Shown here: positions 52,223-64,000 of the stretch, in pieces
How the letters are laid out: each line of letters opens with the position of its first letter
How positions within the stretch are numbered: the stretch's first letter is position 1
Source of the DNA: Octopus vulgaris
Taxonomy: Eukaryota
Direction: 5' to 3'
Length of the DNA stretch: 64,000 bases
Assembly (NCBI GenBank): GCA_951406725.2
Contig: OX597821.1
Location: forward strand, 36,952,001-37,016,000
Notes under the pieces: model-generated
The model's input: only the letters and a program-made list of their open reading frames with translations
What the model was told of the DNA's origin: nothing
Databases searched by the model: none
Translations under genes and position numbers: made by a program

Positions 52223-52325
52223 CTGCAATAAACAAAAAAAAATTTATATGAACATTCAAAATTTAAAATATTCTAAAATTGAATTTGTTTTGATTTAAAT
52301 ATCAGTTAGATGATGATGATGAAAT

Positions 52326-53310
52326 ACCTTGTAAGATACTCCTCCAGCTGTTTATGGCTGGCCAAGCATATCCTACCCAGAGTGCGGCAAGACATCAACG
52401 TCTTGCTGGGGTTCAGCATCTTGAAGGTCAGCAAAGGTGAGGGACTCCCCTACATGCAGTGGTAGCATGTTGTCGACGAACAAGTCTACAATCCTTCTGT
52501 CCACCATAGACTGATGGATGCCAGTGCCAGCAATTTGGGCAAATGCCTTGCCAATGCTGGGCTAGTATGCTTTCTTTGCACATGGCTGCAACGACTCGGT
52601 GCTGGCACTGGCATCAATCAGTCTACTACCAAAAGATTGCCTGTGTTTCCCAGGGGAAGAGCTGGCCATGATCTTCTCCTCAAACTGGATGGCATGTGCT
52701 ATGTGTTTCCTCTTGACGTGTGACTTAAAGTTGTAGAGGCTCGCCACTTGTCCACTGATGGTGGTCTCCTTGGGCTGGCACATGAAGCACCAGAAGTACA
52801 GGATTTTGGTGTTCCTCTTATCCCTTGACGTAAAGACAAAGTAGTCATCCAGGTGGGGCTACAGGTTTTGAGACTCCTGGCTCTCAACCTGAGCAACCTC
52901 TGCCTGACCCACAGCCATCCTCAACAGGCCCCTCATCCTCAGGTTGAACAAAAATGTCTTCACCTCCCATAACGATAAACTGATAATGTACACTGCTGTC
53001 GCTGACACTGTAAGACTGTCTGTAATGTGAGAACATCGTAAGTGAACAGAACTAAAAACAGCAGAATTACACAATGCTGTGTCAACCAATCACATCTTGT
53101 TATTTATACATGTAGCCAGCCATCAGCAAGCCTGACAGTTTCTTTGAGACATGTCCACAACAGACAGGAACAAACATGAATTTTGTTAGCAGTTAATGGA
53201 AGCTAATTGGTCCACTAATGGCTTCCAAAGTTAGCGAAAACACTAATCTGCTAAACGAAAAGTTAAGCTTTGCCAATTAGCTGTTCGCAGAACCGTGCCC
53301 ACCACTGACT
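52326..53310 (-). mobile_element. hAT transposase 5' fragment (BED zinc finger), same family, in the last CSTF2 intron
   Basis: DDYFVFTSRDKRNTKILYFWCFMCQPKETTISGQVASLYNFKSHVKRKH; probable terminus CAGTGGTGGGCAC near 53309. Confidence 0.8.
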
Positions 53311-53499
53311 ATTACTATTCGACTTGACCCAGGATTGATTTTATTCTACTAGGATTTATGAGGGCAATGGGTTACTACAAATCATTTTAGACACCCACTT
53401 GATTTAATCATTTTATATGGTCAGTTTTGAAAAGCCACTGAGAATGTATGTTGAACAAAATCTAGGGTTTGGTTGAAGAAGGGGACATTTGTAAAAAAA

Positions 53500-54115
53500 A
53501 ACCAAAAAAACACACAAAAAAAAAACAGAGAACCTTATTATAGCTGCTCAAGTTCAAGCATTGTAAACAAACAACTTAAAATGCTCTTTTCAAATTCCAT
53601 TCTTGTTCTTTTCTCCTTTTTCAGTCTTGATCATCTGTTCTTTATTCACTGCCTTTAGTAACTTCTCTGTATTATATGCAAATAATCAGTAAACTGTTCT
53701 GTTCCACCAGCACATTCTCTTCCATTCTTCAAGTACAACTGGTTAACAGCAGCTTTTGGATGCCACAACAACTTTCAAGTTTTTCTGTCAAGTTTCTGCA
53801 TTTTGCCTTTTGTCCAATCTACAATTCCATTTTCGTAACTGGTTATCAATACTGCTCTTACATTCAATAACATTTTTTGAATACAACTTTGTAAAATTAT
53901 CCTCACTTTTCTTGTATACTCCCTACTGATAATTTGCTTTAGCTCTTCATGTTTTGTTTCATCTGCCTCCAGTATTCCCAAATACTTATGCCATTGTCCT
54001 TTTTCAATTAATATCATTCTTTGCCCATTTGGTTTTCAATTCCCTGGCTTTTTTCAAATCTTTCATGTTTCCTCATCAAGCTAGTGCACTTTTCAAGGCC
54101 AAATACCATTCCTAC
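53500..54115 (-). mobile_element. Degenerate R4/Dong-like RT C-terminal fragment
   Basis: DVGMVFGLEKC and KYLGILEAD...EYTRKVRIIL motifs. Confidence 0.65.
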
Positions 54116-54479
54116 ATCATCATCATTTAACGTCCGCTTTCCATGGATGATTTGACTGAGGTCTGGCGAACCAGATGGCTGCACCAGGCTCCAATCTGAT
54201 CTGGCAGAGTTTCTACAGCTGGATGTCCTTCCTAACGCCAACCACTCCGAGAGTGTAGTGGATGCTTTTATGTGCCACCGGTACGAGGGCCAGTCAGGCG
54301 GTACTGGCAATGGCTGCGCTCAAATGGTGCTTTTTATGTGCCACCTGCACAGGAGCCAGTCCAATGGCACTGACAACAACCTCGTTTGAATGTTTTTTCA
54401 CGTGCCTCCAGCACAAGTGTCAGTAAAGCGACGCAGGTAATGATCACACTCAAACCCTTTACTTTACTTAGCTGGATGT

Positions 54480-55120
54480 AAAAATCAACAAATCACCAAT
54501 CATTTCAGTCTGTTATCATCACTACGCAGTTCAGTATCTGGAGGTAATTTTCACCACTTTGTCCCACATTTTACTAGGTCTTCCTCTTCCACAGGCTCCA
54601 TCCACACTTAGTGATTAGCATTTCTTTATGCAACTGATCTCATCCACATGTATCACATGACCATACCAGTGCAGTCTTCTCTCTTGTATATATCAAATTC
54701 CTCTTATGCCAAACTTTTCCCCTCAACATACTTTGTTGTACATGCACACATGCAAGCTTCATTTCTTTCAAGCCTTCACATGTCCTCTACATCCACAGCC
54801 CACATTTCACAACTATGTAGCCTAGCTATTTGTACAAGCATCATACAATCTGCCTTACACTCTGAGACAGAGACCTTTTGTTGCCAACAGAGGTAATAGC
54901 TCCTTGAACATTTCCCAGTCAGTTCTTATTCTAGCAACTACACTTTTAGAGCACCCTACTCCACTGTTAATTTGATTACCTAAGTAACAGAAACTATCTA
55001 CAACCTCAGAGGATCTGATTGGGATTTTGATGAAACCTATTTCTTAATGTTTACAGTTCCTACACATCTGTCACACACAAAGTCTACTTTATCTGTTAAA
55101 CTTTCTGTGATTCCACTTTT
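54480..55120 (-). mobile_element. Degenerate RTE LINE 3' fragment
   Basis: Reverse-complement similarity to 7550-8150. Confidence 0.7.
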
Positions 55121-55223
55121 CTATACATTATAAAAAAAATGAGAAGGATGTTGGTCTATGAGAAAGCATGGGAAAAGATGAAAGGAAGGTGAACGCAAAA
55201 GGTGGAATGAGAAAACACAAGAT

Positions 55224-55401
55224 AGGCGCAGGAGTGGCTGTGTGGTAAGTAGCTTGCTAACCAACCACATGGTTCCGGGTTCAGTCCCACTGCGTGGCAT
55301 CTTGGGCAAGTGTCTTCTGCTATAGCATCGGGCTGACCAATGCCTTATGAGTGGATTTGGTAGACGGAAACTGAAAGAAGCCTGTCGTATATATGTATGT
55401 A

Positions 55402-55460
<59 letters not shown>

Positions 55461-55533
55461 CTGTGTTTGTCCCCCTAGCATTGCTTGACAACTGATGCTG
55501 GTGTGTTTACGTCCCTGTCCTCTGGTTCGACAA
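55224..55533 (+). mobile_element. tRNA-derived SINE; other copies at 30530-30929(-), 30950-31140(-), 39180-39355(-), 58752-58925(-)
   Basis: A-box-like TGGCTGTGTGG, B-box-like GGTTCAGTCC, conserved body and an internal (TA)/(TG) tract. Confidence 0.85.
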
Positions 55534-55539
55534 AAAAAC

Positions 55540-56790
55540 ATTTGTCCATGTGATTACATTTACTAAAAGTTTCAGATCTGGAATGAAGTAGTGCAGTGGA
55601 ATTCATGAATTAAAAAAAAGTGAGATCTTTCAGTTAAACATAGCTTGCCTCTCTGTGTTCCATTTACGTATGGCATGGATTTCCATGAATCTCCACTTGA
55701 TTGTGTATGGTAAACAGTTGGTCTTCAGATCCCATATATAGCAAGCCAACTATGTGACTTTATTCCTATCCATGAGTCAAGAAGACTAGTGGTTTGTGTA
55801 TCTGCAGTTACAGTAAGTTTTTCACATGAACTGTTCACCAGGTATGGTATTCCAGATATCATTGTGTCTGATAATGGAACTTAATTTACATCAGACAAGT
55901 TCAGAAAATTTTGTAAAATGATTGTCATTGAATATGTCACCATTCTGCCCCATCATACTAGGTCAAATGGGCAAGTGGAGTGTTTTGTTGACACTGTCAA
56001 GAGGGCAGTGAAAAAGGTGAACAATGAAGTGATGGACGATTGTGCACTCCATCAACTTCTAAGAGTGTACTGAGTAACACCTAATCTGAATACACCATCA
56101 GGAATGTCACCCACAGAATTGATATTTGCTAGAAAGGTCAGATCCGTCTTTGATAAGATGATATCGAGTGAAAATAAAAATAAGATGAAGGACAGAAATA
56201 CTTCAAGTTAGGTGACAAAGTTCTTTTTAAAAACTTATAGATATGGTAAAGAAAGCTGGGAGGATGGTGTAATAATTAAACAAATTGAAAGAATGAGATT
56301 CCTGGTGAAAGGAAAAAAGTGTTGAATAAAAAAGACATATTAACCAGTTCAAGAAAAGATTCTCAGAAAAAACCGTCATGAGAAATTAAATCCCCATGGA
56401 ATTATTGTACAACATGTTTGAGGTACCAACATCCAAACAATTTGAAACTACACATTCTAGCACCAGAAAATGGAAAAGGATAGAGACACTGGAATTGAAC
56501 CCTAAGCATAAGAGATATGTAAACTCTGAATGGAATTCAATTCTCAAAAGGGGAGACTAATTGTAAAAAGGGGAGATGTTGTGGAAGGATTCCGACCACT
56601 CCACAAGGTGGACTGACTCATTGTTATAAATTAAAGAACTGTGAGTGATTGGCAGTTTGGGTTGGTAGCATTTCACTAAGCCATGATTCAAAGCAGTGAG
56701 TCTCGTGTAATAGTGATAGTAGTTTGTCATGTATATATTTTCTATCCCCTTGCTTTGTTATATTATATATCCAATACAAGGATATAATAT
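55540..56790 (+). mobile_element. Degenerate Gypsy integrase with PPT and LTR
   Basis: LFTRYGIPDIIVSDNGT*FTS...SNGQVECFVDTVKR; AAAAGGGGAGA PPT followed by TGTTGTGG at ~56577. Confidence 0.8.
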
Positions 56791-57897
56791 ACATATATAT
56801 ATATCAAATTAAATACACAACCAAAAGAGTAACTAATGGTGTCATGCTATTATGATAGTTGAACAGGCATATCTATAAAATACACCATGTATCTTAAAGC
56901 AATCTTTCAGGCTCTGTTTATGTGTTATATATATTAAAAACAATATATTTATAGACACATACATTATCATCATTGTTTAACATCTGTCTTCCATGCATGG
57001 GTTGGATGTTTGACAAGGGCTGGCCAGGTAGAAGACTACCCTAGGCTACTGTGTCTTTTCTGGCAGGGTTTTTATGGTTGGATGCCCTTGCCAACATCAA
57101 CCACTTTGCAGAATAGACTGAGTGCTTTTTACATGGTACCAGCACAGGCAAGGTCGGTTTTGGCATGATTTTTACAGCTGGATGCCCTTCCAAGGAATTC
57201 TGAGACGGGAGGAGTTGATTTGTTTCAGATGATGAAAGGTTAGAGTATAACAGAAAGAAAAAGGCAGAAATAGGTGTCTTGCTATAGAGGAGGTACATGG
57301 TTACTTGGCCAGAGCGAGGAAAGAGAAAGAAGAGAGAGAGAGAGAAACAACAAAGAAGCAGGAGACAGATGGTGGTGAAGTGCCAGGGTATATTCACAAG
57401 TAACAAGGATCAGAACATAGATGGGATGGTGGAGTAAGGAAGAGAGAGAGATAAATGATGGCAATTGCCAGGGCATGCCCTCAAAGCTATGGAGGTCATA
57501 ATATACGTGGCCAGGTATATAAAAATTTTCAATATTATAAACATTAAATATGGTTTCACATTTTGAACTGGATAGTTAGGATTGGTTAACATTTTATTAG
57601 ACAGTTTTGATAAAAATGGTGATAATGTTTACGTTCTGTGTTTGGTGTGATTATAATAAGTAATGAGGTCATAGTCTGTTACTCATGTCATCAAGATGTA
57701 TATGTTGGTAACCTCATTCCATGAAAACACAAATAAAACTGATTCTGATATTTTCATTCATATAAAAGGATTTCGTTTGAAACAACACTATAACAATGGA
57801 AAATATACAAAATGGAACACTTACCTAATATGCATGCCCTTCTAAGAAGTCATTATGCATAAAATCTGGGGAAAGATACATTAACTTGTGTACTTAC

Positions 57898-57987
57898 CTT
57901 TTCTTCGTCTTGAGGTGAGATACCAGGTGCCATATGATTGACAGTATTGCCTGCAGCAGCGGCAGCAGCCGCTGCTAGGCCTGGGAT
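57898..57987 (-). CDS. CSTF2: CstF-64 penultimate exon (IPGLAAAAAAAAGNTVNHMAPGISPQDEEK)
   Basis: CAG acceptor, GTAAGT donor; 90 nt, phase 0/0; PQDxEK precedes the conserved C-terminal domain. Confidence 0.92.
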
Positions 57988-59191
57988 CTGTAATATAGGG
58001 AAGTTAAAAGGAAACTAAAAATATTTTGCCATTCCTAAAACTTTCCGAAAGATGGACCAAAAGTGAATTAAATTGGAATTGTGATATAGTTTCATTTTTT
58101 TACTCCCTGATCTTTAATGGAAAACACTTTCATGACACACACACACAAAATTAAGGAGTTTTACAAATAAAATGCATTTAAAATTCTATTGATTGTGTTT
58201 ATAAATTCAATTCAGTTAACCAATGTGGCTTTGCTATATCAACTATTCTTTGAATCAACAAAGGAGTTCCAAAAAACTGACTGGACTGTTATACTGGTAA
58301 TGAAATCTTCAAATATTATTCCACCACCTAAAAACTGAATGAATATAATGGGTACGGTAATCTTGAATATGGGAATTCTCATAAATGTTCACATAGCTCA
58401 CTAGAAGTAGATAATAGTTTTTGCTACTTAAATGATGTAATTAGGTGGGGAACATTAGTTGAAGCATTTTTATTGATGGCGATTCCACAGCCAAGCCAAT
58501 ATCTACATGATCTTCTCATACAAGCAGTATCATATGAGTCACTTCATCATCATTGTAACATCCACTTTCCATGAGTCAAATGGAGTTTGTTGGGGAGGAT
58601 TTCTTTATGTCGGGATGCTCTTCCTGTAACCAACATTCATCTATTTCTAAGGTAATATTTCCCCATGGTCAGACACTGCTTGCAAGATAGTGACAGTCAT
58701 TCACAATTATCACATGTAGTCAAGGCAAGAAGACAGTAACACCCACATACTTGCATACACATACATATATACAAGCTTCTTTCAGTTTCCATCTAGCGAA
58801 TTCATTCATAAGGCTTTGGTTAGTCCAGGACTATAGTAAAAGATACTTGCCCAAAGTGATATGCTGTGGGATTCAACCTGAAATCATGTGGTTGGGAAGC
58901 AGACTTCTTAATGACACATTCACACCTACATATGTATATATTCTATTGTGCAATATAACAAATGTCAAATCCATATTAAACAGATAGCAGTGTTTCTTTG
59001 AATACATATTGTTCTAATAATAACTCCACTCAGAAATTATGACAAGCAATCAGATTTCTGTAGTGGTAATTCAAAAGTAATAAAATACAATTTCGCCCAT
59101 TACATTTTGTAATTTAAGCATAAAATTTAATTTTCTTATTGATATTATAAGTCTATTGTCAGTTCTAAGAAATGGATATTTTGTGTTATAC

Positions 59192-59370
59192 CTGGTGTGC
59201 TCGAACACTTTGAGTTAATCCTTGAAAATCTCTAAGTGGAGGAATTCTTGGTTCCATAACACGGGGATCTCTCAGTTCCATTCTTGGTGCAGGAATAGGA
59301 GGTGGACATATTTCAGCAAAATGAGGAGGTGGAGGTCCCATTTCTGCAGGACGGACTCGTAAATCAACAT
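59192..59370 (-). CDS. CSTF2: CstF-64 internal exon (DVDLRVRPAEMGPPPP...MELRDPRVMEPRIPPLRDFQGLTQSVRAHQ)
   Basis: TAG acceptor, GTATAA donor; 179 nt, phase 1 to 0; DPR/MEPR units resemble the MEARA-type repeat region. Confidence 0.88.
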
Positions 59371-59532
59371 CTAAATATAAAATAAGATAATGAATTTCCA
59401 TTTTAATGTAAAATAATAAAGCTAAAATTAAATGAGTTCGATTCCAGGTCAGTGACCTGAATAATAACAACAATAATAACAACATCGAAAAATACCTTAG
59501 GAATGAAAACCTAGGTTCGAAATTTCCCCAAT

Positions 59533-59566
59533 ACACCTGATGAAGGCTGGAGCCGAAACGTTGTGT
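59533..59566 (+). ncRNA. Minimal hammerhead ribozyme within a dispersed repeat (59400-59620); decayed relative at ~1690-1830
   Basis: ACAC-CTGATGA-A-GGC(TGGA)GCC-GAAAC-GTT-GTGT; palindromic AACGTT stem III. Confidence 0.7.
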
Positions 59567-60661
59567 TAACAACAAACAAAGATGAGGACAAATATCTGTC
59601 AAATGTATATAATGTATGCTAGGGTTATCTTGAAGTTTCTTTAAATTACAGATATATTACAACTTCGATAAATTATTGAAAGAAATATTTACTAAGCAAA
59701 TGAGATATTTTATAAATTAAAGTTTTCAGGAAAATTTACTTTCTGAACTTCCTTTTATTATTGAATATATCAAGTTCACAAATTTAAATATTTGGTACAA
59801 GATAGTTTGGCATTATTTCGCTTGAACCCACATACTTTGTTAATGTCCATAAAATTTTTTCTATTTACTTTTTGTGTGCTGTGTTCACCTCCGTGTATAG
59901 TCAGTCATACACATACATTTATGTGTGAGAGAGAGAGTGATGTCTAAATGGCAATCTCTCTCACACATACACAAACATCCATTTCATACACATCTTTCAC
60001 TTTAAAACAAAAGTAAATCAATAAAATTTTGTTACGAAAATTAACGAACAAAACCAGCTGTTCATTTTGGCATTTCTGAGGGTTCAACCCAAAGAATCCC
60101 AATAGTTTTCAATGAGCTTTTGTTTATATGATTTTTTTCATTTCATGTTTATTTCATTCATTGTTTACAATGTTCTCTCTCCTCCTCACACACAGAGGCT
60201 CTGTAATATAAACACACACACTCTAGGTTTGACAAACAGAAAACTGCCGGGGGGAGGGGTCATTCTGCTAATAAAGTTAATTGTAACTTGGATTTAGATT
60301 CTCACATGGTGTGTGCATGTGGTTGTGATTATACATTTGTTAGAATTTAAGTTTCTGTTCATCTGAGCACTACTTTGTGATGTCTAAACCATGTTTACTC
60401 CGCATTCTTCTATACACACATTCACGCGCACATGCATGTGTGAGTTTACATACATACTTCTTTACATGAAAGTTGTGACATTTGAGCAATTTCGTTGGCA
60501 TTTAGTGCTCTGAAGTCATATGGAGTAAGAGATACCGCATTTGAAAAACTGTTAGGGATAACATCAAGGACATCCATTTGTAAAACATATTTTTCTAACC
60601 TGCATTTACATAGAAAAATGAATCTGAAAACAAACAAAACAAAACTGATTTAGAGACATAC

Positions 60662-60787
60662 CCAATGGAGCTCGAGGTACAATATTATCTAAAGAAGGAG
60701 CTGCTGGCCTTTCTGTTGCCAGCATATTAGGATTCATCATCCTTTGGGGTATTCCAGTGTTGCCAGCAGGATTGGGACCAGGTAGAG
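60662..60787 (-). CDS. CSTF2: CstF-64 internal exon (ALPGPNPAGNTGIPQRMMNPNMLATERPAAPSLDNIVPRAPL)
   Basis: CAG acceptor, GTATGT donor; 126 nt, phase 1 to 1; Pro/Gly-rich linker. Confidence 0.85.
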
Positions 60788-61711
60788 CTGGAAGAGAGGA
60801 AAGACAATAAACAATATTTGCATATAGCAGACATACATACAGTAAGATCACAATTAACTGGAAATAAATCTTAAGCTTTACAATACCTATCTAGGGGAGA
60901 AGTGATTCAGTGATAATTGCACAGTAAATGGAATTATATCAATGAAATTGTTAGCAAAATTTCCTGCTGTTGGTAATGTGTCTTTAGAAACAGTAAATTA
61001 TCCCCTAAAATACTAAATTAGGCAACTTCATTTCCATTTTCTTAAACTGGTTAAAGATTGTTATCGTGTTTAGATTTTTAGCAGATATTTTGGAGTTAAC
61101 ATTATTTGAGTGTTTTTTCTTAAAAACGAAATCATATTCAATATTAATATTTGTGTCACTTGGGGAATGGTATAGGATTGATACTTAATTGTTATATAAT
61201 ATATACAAGCTCAATTTTTTTTAACTATCTATAATAAGCAACCACCTTTTACAGGACTAAGTATAAAATATTCAACAGAAAAACTACTGAGATGAATTTA
61301 AATAGGAAAGTTTCTCCATGACAAAAGTTTCTAGCTACAAATTACTTCTAACATCAAAATATATACTCTATATACTGAAAGTACCAATCTTAAAAACTAA
61401 AATATATTTCGAATGATCTATCAAATGCAACAAGCTGTATGTTTGAAATGTATGACATTGCTTATACAAAAGCCATCAGAATTCTTTATGTGATGATAGC
61501 ATCATATAACATTCAGAAAAATCTATGTCTGAATGTAGTATTAGCAAGTAAAAAATTTGGTTTTGATTCAAAATCACATGCATGAAATACAAACTGCACA
61601 TATTTATGTACCGAAAAATATGCTGTTTATGTATACATTTGTACATATAGATACCTTAGGAATGTTGAAACATTAACACACACACACAAGGATAAATAAA
61701 AGTGTTTGTAC

Positions 61712-61823
61712 CTGCTTGAGAGTTTGGTATTAAATTATTCAAAGTAGCAACTGGTGCTGTAGTTCCTTGTAGCGATCCACCTGGAATATTTATGGCCCCT
61801 GAGGTGGCAGCTAATGACATAGT
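61712..61823 (-). CDS. CSTF2: CstF-64 internal exon (TMSLAATSGAINIPGGSLQGTTAPVATLNNLIPNSQA)
   Basis: TAG acceptor, GTACAA donor; 112 nt, phase 0 to 1. Confidence 0.8.
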
Positions 61824-63146
61824 CTAGTTATCGAACAAAATAGAGTAAATGTTCAAAAATGAAGTTTAAAAGAAAGAAGAAAATTGAAAAACAAGTTCAA
61901 TATATTCTATTGATGGCTGAAAATGTTTTATAAATTAGAATGTGCCCAAAGAGATAGCGCAAACAGAAAAATGACACAGAAGTATCACTACGAAAGAGTG
62001 TTGAACAAGATGTGTAAAGAGAATAAACCTACTTAAGAGGAACAAGCAGAAGGGATAACAGTAAAGATCACAATGAAAATGTTTAGCAAGATCTCTTAAC
62101 CCTTTTGTTACCAACCTATCCATAGACTCCTGAAAATATTTTGGTTAATGTTACCAAACCACCTATACCCACCCAAAATGACCTATTCATATTTTAATGA
62201 AAATTTCAGCAAAAATCTCATTAGTACATTTGTAAAAACACATGATTTCACTATGTAAGCAATTGAGTTACATTGTCTGACATTATTTTACAGGATATGT
62301 GGGTGCTATGAATTTTTAGAGATTTTTTTCTCCATTTTTTACTCACTTTGATTTTGTGAAATGTTTCACTGTAGACAAAAAACTGGATACTAGTTTTGTT
62401 GTCAAGCAGTGAGATTGAATTCAAAGTATTTTTGAAAGAAGGCATAGAAGACATAAACTGCAAACATAAAAATCACACATGTGTGATTATGAATTAGATA
62501 TTTTTTTTTGAAAGTGAAACAATGCTGACAACAGTTCTGATGGCGATAGAAAAAAAAATTAATTTGTACCTGAATATAGTAAGAATTTAAAACTGCTTTT
62601 CTTAGTTTTTTTTTTTTAGGGAGATATTAGACCTAGCCACAGTCTTTCCAAGGAAATGAAGGAAAAAAGATGGTTGAGACATACCACATACTTGAAAGAA
62701 AGTTAAGAATTCAAGCGTTTTTAGGAATATTGCTGTTTATGTATAAATATGACTTATTTTTTTCAAATTTAACTTGTTTTTATTTTCTATTTACCTGCAA
62801 GATTAATTTGTAATCATTATCTAAGGTGGTGAGCTGGAAGAATTGTTAGCATACCACGGAAAGTGCTTAGCAGCATTTCTTCCAACTTTATGTTCTGAGT
62901 TCAACTGCTGCCAGGGTTGACTTTGCCTTTCATCCTTTTGCAAGTTGAACACTCAGGTCAATGCAATTGGCTTATCCTATATCCCAAAATTGCTAGCCTT
63001 GTACTTGAGTGAAAACCAAAAACAGGTGTGGCAGGTGAGAGGACACGTCCAGCAAACTTTAGTTTGGTTCTGTATTTTTCCTTACACTTTTCAGGTTTTT
63101 CAAGTTTGAATAAAAAGTTTATTTAGAGGAAGAAAAAAACACTTAC

Positions 63147-63236
63147 TGTTGCCGTGTTACCCAAGCCACTTTCATTCTGAGCATTCACTGAAGGTAATAA
63201 TGGAGGAATCTGACTGGAATCCCTGTGAAGCATTGC
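63147..63236 (-). CDS. CSTF2: CstF-64 internal exon (AMLHRDSSQIPPLLPSVNAQNESGLGNTAT); upstream exons lie beyond the window
   Basis: CAG acceptor, GTAAGT donor, 90 nt, phase 0/0; in frame with the downstream exons. Confidence 0.85.
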
Positions 63237-64000
63237 CTGTAGAATAGTCAACATAATAAATTTGAATAAAATCAAACAAGTCAAGATAAATCTATTCATT
63301 GTATTTGCAGTAAAACTTTCTTTTACCATACTCTGTCCACAACAAATATGGATACAACTGACCACCACACCGTCTGCTTTATAGACACAGATATCTGATT
63401 CTATATGTTTGTATATTTGTAATTGTGTGTATGTGTTCCACATGCACATACATGTATATATGTAGATACGTGTGCATCCACATCTAATTATTATGTCAGT
63501 AAATATTGCATGTTCATTATATTTGTTTTTTATTTATTTTATTTTTGCCGCTGTTCATCTGATACATATATCCATGCATGTGTGTGTGTGTGTGTGTACA
63601 TACACATGTATGAGTATCTGTGTGTATATATCCAGATATATGTGAATATACGTGTATATGTATTTGTGTGTCCATATGTACATGATTTTCAAAATTGCAT
63701 CGGGTAGTAGCACCTGTCAGGATCCCAGCTATGGACTAAATAGCAAGTGAACCACAGGGAGTTCTATCTTCAGTGTGTCACTGGCAAAAACTTTCAATTA
63801 AAAAATCACTTTATGTTAAATCTGTTGCGAGGAAAAGTATTTGAGAAGAGACAATTTGCTGAGCAACAGGAAAATTAAACTTGGACATATAGTTGGTGCA
63901 AGATATTTAGGATAATTATTGAAGAGTTAAGTTCAGTTATTAATAGCTTTGTACTCAGTTATTTCTGTCATAATAATGTATAGTTCATTGAAATTTTTAT

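Noticed and set aside
52056-52259. ORF-track protein MNVHINFF...
   Set aside because: Wrong frame; the real CSTF2 last exon is read in another frame from the acceptor at 52223
55224-55300. tRNA gene
   Set aside because: No proper cloverleaf; it is the tRNA-derived head of a multi-copy SINE

Overview
AT-rich, microsatellite- and transposon-dense eukaryotic DNA. The repeat content (RTE LINEs with (GAT)n tails, tRNA-derived SINEs, Penelope-like remnants) and a KRAB-less C2H2 array suggest a cephalopod, probably Octopus; this is an inference. Three host genes can be assembled by hand. (1) A complete 8-exon carbonyl reductase CBR1-like SDR gene on the minus strand (31310->5692; 834 nt CDS, 277 aa, all intron phases consistent). 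(2) A 14-finger C2H2 zinc-finger ORF on the plus strand (46537-47874). (3) The last six coding exons of CstF-64/CSTF2 on the minus strand (63236->52103). The rest is RTE, Tx1/L1, Dong/R4, Gypsy, hAT, mariner- and piggyBac-type elements plus simple repeats. The most notable signals: about a dozen intact or decayed minimal type-I hammerhead ribozymes, linked to Penelope-like GIY-YIG remnants and (AT)n tracts; a degenerate LTR element with a tRNA-like LTR head and an array of repeated LTR-end/tRNA-Trp PBS junctions; a near-identical tract between diverged hAT copies; a templated MITE patch inside a LINE; and a ~570-bp duplication predicting a neighbouring CBR paralog. All coordinates were read by eye. 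Exon boundaries were checked for phase, repeat boundaries are approximate.
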